Shown here: piece by piece, positions 63,307 through 64,000 of the stretch
Layout of the letters: each line of letters opens with the position of its first letter
How positions within the stretch are numbered: the first letter of the stretch is position 1
DNA from: an uncultured delta proteobacterium
GTDB lineage: Bacteria > Myxococcota_A > Polyangia > Polyangiales > Polyangiaceae
Assembly (NCBI GenBank): GCA_963782055.1
Contig: CAWAIF010000003.1
Span: 704,001 to 768,000, forward strand
Length of the DNA: 64,000 nt
Reading direction: 5' to 3'
Notes under the pieces: generated by a model
Databases searched by the model: none
Told to the model about the DNA's origin: nothing
The model's input: the letters and a program-made list of their open reading frames with translations, nothing else
Program-made: the position numbers and the translations under genes

Positions 63307-63726
63307 ATGCGCAGCACGCTCTTCCTCGTCGGCGCGCTCCTCGTCGCGGCATGCTCCTCGTCCTCCCCGTCCACCGGCGACGCCGGCTCCACAGCCGACG
63401 CCGACGCGTCACCCGGCTCCGACGCGGGCGACGCCTCCGCCGTCGGCGACACCTGGACCAGCTTCGGCCAGGGCTTCTTCGCCAAGTACTGCGTCGAGTG
63501 TCACGCGGTCGGAAACGCCAACCGCGACTACACGACCCTCACCGACGTCGTGCGCGACAAGGATCTCATCCGCTGCGGCGTGGCCTCCACCACCCAGGCG
63601 AGCTGCCCCGCGTTCCCGCCCGCGAGGCAGTTCCCCATCGACAACGCGAGCAAGACCAACCCGAAGCCCACCGACGCTGAGCGCGATCGTGTCGTCGCGT
63701 GGATAGCCGCCGGCCTCCCGCAGTAG
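63307..63726 (+). CDS. Mono-heme c-type cytochrome lipoprotein
   Basis: VAAC lipobox, DAG linker, CVECH, C-terminal PTDAER..V.AWI.AG.P. Confidence 0.75.
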   Translation: MRSTLFLVGALLVAACSSSSPSTGDAGSTADADASPGSDAGDASAVGDTWTSFGQGFFAKYCVECHAVGNANRDYTTLTDVVRDKDLIRCGVASTTQASCPAFPPARQFPIDNASKTNPKPTDAERDRVVAWIAAGLPQ

Positions 63727-63798
63727 TCAGAAGCGGGCGGTGGGGGGCTCTCGCAAGCTCGTCGCCCGCTCTGCTCAGCGCGAGGCGGCAGGGGGCTG

Positions 63799-63975
63799 CT
63801 ACGGGGTGCGCTGGGTCGGGGCGTCCACGTCGACGCCGTCCTCCGTGATGGGGTCGTCGTCGTCGCCCAGGTCTTCCAGCGGGATGTGATCGAAGAAGAG
63901 CGTGCTCAGCGCCGCGCCGCGGGGCGGGGCGTCGGTCAGGAGCTTCTTGGTCGCGGGGTCAAAGGCGTAACTCAT
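63799..63975 (-). CDS. Small acidic protein (58 aa), absent from the ORF track
   Basis: MSYAFDPATKKLLTDAPPRGAALSTLFFDHIPLEDLGDDDDPITEDGVDVDAPTQRTP*; nearly all codons end in G/C. Confidence 0.55.
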   Translation of the reverse strand: MSYAFDPATKKLLTDAPPRGAALSTLFFDHIPLEDLGDDDDPITEDGVDVDAPTQRTP

Positions 63976-64000
63976 GTCTGAGTTACTAATCCCGCCTCCG

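Overview
A gene-dense, very high-GC bacterial chromosomal window with about 52 CDS. Several traits point to a myxobacterium (Myxococcota, probably Polyangia-like); this taxonomy is inferred, not verified. The traits are about 20 lipoproteins with acidic Asp-Ala/Gly-Gly linkers, a MYXO-CTERM-like tail, two Ser/Thr kinase-TPR proteins, an FHA-sigma54 activator and thrombospondin/FG-GAP repeats. Recognisable metabolic genes: a UbiD-family decarboxylase, a single-chain XdhA-XdhB xanthine dehydrogenase, xdhC, cls, glgC, ald, a LeuB-type dehydrogenase, an M16 peptidase pair, a rhomboid protease and a GAF-GGDEF cyclase. I saw no integrase, transposase, rRNA or CRISPR array. The most interesting unannotated element is a 78-nt, CCA-ending, non-canonical tRNA-like gene (26466-26543, minus strand). 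It has intact acceptor, D and T arms, a remodelled anticodon arm, and a sigma54-type -24/-12 motif placed just upstream. Other notable points: a second candidate sigma54/IHF-driven small RNA (about 52500-52655); sigma54 promoters in front of two putative surface effectors; a widespread leaderless TANNNT-N5-9-start architecture; two frameshifted genes; and a c-type cytochrome with no obvious distal ligand. Most long overlapping ORFs in the supplied track are high-GC shadow frames.
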